A stretch of 64,000 bases of DNA from an uncultured Pseudomonadales bacterium (GTDB lineage: Bacteria > Pseudomonadota > Gammaproteobacteria > Pseudomonadales > Azotimanducaceae). Each line of letters begins with the position of its first letter. Positions within the stretch are counted from its first letter, which is position 1. Of the stretch, positions 61,924 to 64,000 are shown piece after piece. Below the pieces are notes generated by a model, which was not told the origin of the DNA, did no database searches, and saw nothing but the letters and a program-made list of their open reading frames with translations. The stretch is from assembly GCA_964598305.1 (NCBI GenBank), contig CAZRBP010000001.1, forward strand, positions 22,501 to 86,500, given 5' to 3'. Made by a program: the position numbers and the translations under genes.

Positions 61924-62886
61924 TCAGTAACCCAACTCCTTGTCAATAACGCCTTCAAGCGGCTCCCCGCGCCGCAGGCGCTTAAGGTTCTCCACAAAGC
62001 GGTCGATGTTGCGGCCAGCCCGAAACTGGCTGGCCCCGGCGGTATGGGGCGTCATCACCACGTTGGGCATGGACCACAGCGGACTGTCCGCAGGCAGGGG
62101 CTCGCGCGGGGCGACGTCTAGGGCCGCCCCGCGAATTTGGCCGCTGGTCAACGCCTCCACCAAGTCGTCCTCCACCATCACCTCGCCCCGGGTCACGTTG
62201 ACCAGCAAGGCGGAGTCTTGCATGGCGCGCAAGGCGTCGCGGTTGAACTTGTTGCGGGTCTCCGGCGTCAGAGGAACGCAAATGGCCAGCACATCCGAAC
62301 GCGCCAGCAGCTCATCAAAGAAATCCGGCCCTTCCACCCGCTGCACCTCCGGCGAAGCGGGCACCGCGTCCCGGTCCATGGCGATGACCTGCATGCCAAA
62401 GGCGGCTGCCCGCCGAGCCATGGCCCGGCCCGTGCCGCCAAACCCGTACAGCCCCATGGTGGCGCCGGTCAGCTCGATTTCCTGGGCCCGCATCTCCGGC
62501 CGGTGATTCCAGCAGTCGGCCCCCAAGCCATGGGCAGTGGCCAATTGGCGGGTAAGCATCAGCAGCAAGCCGAAGGCGTGGTCGGCCAGGTGCTCACCAA
62601 CCAAGCCCTTCTCGCTGGTCAGGATGACCTCGCTGTTGCGGAACTCGTCGAACAGCAGCGCATCTACCCCGGAGGCAATGGCATGCAGCCAACGCAGCTT
62701 GTGAGCTTGCCGAAACAGCCGCCGGGAGATGAAGCCGAGCACCACGTCCGCATCGCCAATGTCCCGGTCCGCCTCGGCAAAGTCCCGAACCACCACCGTG
62801 GCGCCGCCGCCCGCTTCCGCCATGCGCTCAAGGTCGGCGTCACTCACTTCCGGCAGGGTCAATCCCGGCAGCACCAGAATCTTCAT
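61924..62886 (-). CDS. D-2-hydroxyacid dehydrogenase-family NAD-binding oxidoreductase
   Basis: The motifs GLYGFGGTGRAMARRA, N.TRG..V and TPHTAG are present. Confidence 0.8.
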   Translation of the reverse strand: MKILVLPGLTLPEVSDADLERMAEAGGGATVVVRDFAEADRDIGDADVVLGFISRRLFRQAHKLRWLHAIASGVDALLFDEFRNSEVILTSEKGLVGEHLADHAFGLLLMLTRQLATAHGLGADCWNHRPEMRAQEIELTGATMGLYGFGGTGRAMARRAAAFGMQVIAMDRDAVPASPEVQRVEGPDFFDELLARSDVLAICVPLTPETRNKFNRDALRAMQDSALLVNVTRGEVMVEDDLVEALTSGQIRGAALDVAPREPLPADSPLWSMPNVVMTPHTAGASQFRAGRNIDRFVENLKRLRRGEPLEGVIDKELGY

Positions 62887-63575
62887 ACGTACTCCATGGC
62901 AACCTGGCCGAGACCCTGGACCGCGCCGACATCAAAGTCGCCGTCGTAGCGGCAGGGACCGGCAACGGCCTGCTTGGTGAAGGAGCCGGTGATGATCCGC
63001 GCCCCGGCGTCCAGACAACGATCAAAGCGGGCCAGTTGGGCCGCGAGCGCCGCAATGGACGCAAAGTGGTCGTCGATGTGGCCGGCGGCGGCAACCCGCT
63101 GCACCGGCTCGCCATCCCGATGCAGGGCAACGGCGATGGCTGGAAACGGGAAGCGTTCCCAATCGAGTTGCCGCTCCTCCCCGACCACGATACCCCATTG
63201 GGCCAGATTGTCGGCGATGTGCTCCTCTTGGCCAGCGCTCGGCGGCAAACGGCGTTCTATGAGTTCAAAAGCGGGAGCCACGGTCGCGACCGCGTCAAGC
63301 ACTTGATTACGGCTCACTGGGCCTTCCAAGGCTCCGCCCAGCCTAAAGCAGAGTTCGTTCTCGATGCCGGGTGTGCGCATCCCAGCCAAGGGGATGCGAG
63401 CGCCGCTGTCGAACACCCGATCAGGCAGGATGTGGCCGAAAGGCCGGAAGCCTTCGCCCATGCTGTCCCGGGCCGCCCCGGAAGTCAGGCCCACCTTCCA
63501 ACCCGCAGGCGCTCCAGCACCCAACGACTCCAACTGGCGCTGCAAACCCGCCTCAAGTTGCTGCCGGTCCGGCAT
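62883..63575 (-). CDS. 2-keto-4-pentenoate hydratase / FAH-fold hydratase-decarboxylase family protein
   Basis: The start was moved to ATG 63575 (MPDRQQLEAGL). GWKVGLTSGAARDSMG is typical of MhpD-like hydratases. The stop overlaps the next gene's start region. Confidence 0.65.
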   Translation of the reverse strand: MPDRQQLEAGLQRQLESLGAGAPAGWKVGLTSGAARDSMGEGFRPFGHILPDRVFDSGARIPLAGMRTPGIENELCFRLGGALEGPVSRNQVLDAVATVAPAFELIERRLPPSAGQEEHIADNLAQWGIVVGEERQLDWERFPFPAIAVALHRDGEPVQRVAAAGHIDDHFASIAALAAQLARFDRCLDAGARIITGSFTKQAVAGPCRYDGDFDVGAVQGLGQVAMEYV

Positions 63576-63660
63576 GTGGAAGCTCCAAGACAGTGGCAAA
63601 GTCGATAGGCTAACATGATGCTGGCGCGCCGAATTGCTCGGCAACTCAGGGGAAATGACC

Positions 63661-64000
63661 ATGCGCAACGGCTTTCGGGTACTCGACACCGATGCCCACC
63701 AGATGGAGCCGCCGAGCATCTGGCGGGAGCGCATCGATCCGGCCTTTGCCGACCGGGCGCCCAGGACCGGCAACTTGGGCGGCGGCCGCACCGGCATGGT
63801 GGTGGAAGGCGAGCCCATCACCAAGCAGGATGGCAGCTACCCCATGCACTCCGAGGAGTTTCAGGAGGCCGTGGTGCGCGGCATGGAGAAGCATGAGCAG
63901 TCCCGGGCCGAAGGCTTTAGCCCGGCGGCGCGGCTGAGCGACATGGACAGCCACGGGGTCGATGCCCAGGTGCTCTACCCCACCGTCGGCGGGCAGATGC
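63661..64000 (+). CDS. Partial CDS (continues beyond window): amidohydrolase-2 family protein
   Basis: Not in the ORF track because it has no stop in the window. Hand translation from ATG 63661 (SD AGGGGA) gives MRNGFRVLDTDAHQMEPPSIWRERIDPAFADRAP..MDSHGVDAQVLYPT. Confidence 0.6.
   Translation, partial: MRNGFRVLDTDAHQMEPPSIWRERIDPAFADRAPRTGNLGGGRTGMVVEGEPITKQDGSYPMHSEEFQEAVVRGMEKHEQSRAEGFSPAARLSDMDSHGVDAQVLYPTVGGQM

Overview
This is a 64-kb, high-G+C chromosomal segment that looks gammaproteobacterial, based on recognisable cysB, nfuA, metH, nhaB, sohB and a cysI-like gene. No searches or computations were run. Everything rests on reading the sequence and ORF track, hand translation and motif recall. 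Many start codons were moved from the ORF-track maximum ORF to internal starts supported by SD sequences, stop/start overlaps or conserved N-termini.

Layout:
- (1) 1-12.3 kb is a visibly lower-G+C accessory block. It holds a co-directional set of conflict-type genes: a partial NDT/TIR-like fusion, a PD-(D/E)XK+DUF4268 protein, a 1448-aa Mrr-like-nuclease/STAND NTPase, a 169-aa helical ORF, and two diverged copies of an acidic ~90-aa ORF. An orphan ORF, an Rpn nuclease, an orphan HicB and hipBA follow.
- (2) 12.4-37.3 kb is mostly metabolic. It contains a periplasmic binding protein, a Fur/Zur + MerC-like operon, an SDR/monooxygenase/amidohydrolase/GST/Rieske cluster, DUF3604, an Ntn acylase, a GmrSD-like DUF262/DUF1524 islet, an acyl-CoA ligase and an acetoin-type 2-oxoacid dehydrogenase cluster.
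- (3) 37.6-46.5 kb carries cysB, a 5'-nucleotidase, small stress-type genes and an AddB/AddA-like nuclease-helicase pair.
- (4) 46.5-48.8 kb is a lower-G+C islet with a transposase-like remnant, two coupled small ORFs and a DUF4143 ATPase.
- (5) 48.8-64 kb carries a DAHP synthase preceded by an aromatic-rich mini-ORF plus terminator, then nfuA, metH, sulfite reductase + DUF934, two cation antiporters, acuI-like, sohB, nhaB and further catabolic genes.

A REP-like palindrome family (core GAGGGCG-N3-CGCCCTC / GGAGCGAGGGC) is dispersed through intergenic regions, including a ~9-unit 38-bp tandem array. I saw no rRNA, tRNA, CRISPR array or intact mobile element.

The best candidate for an undescribed system is the STAND-centred block at 1-7.9 kb with its duplicated acidic small ORFs.
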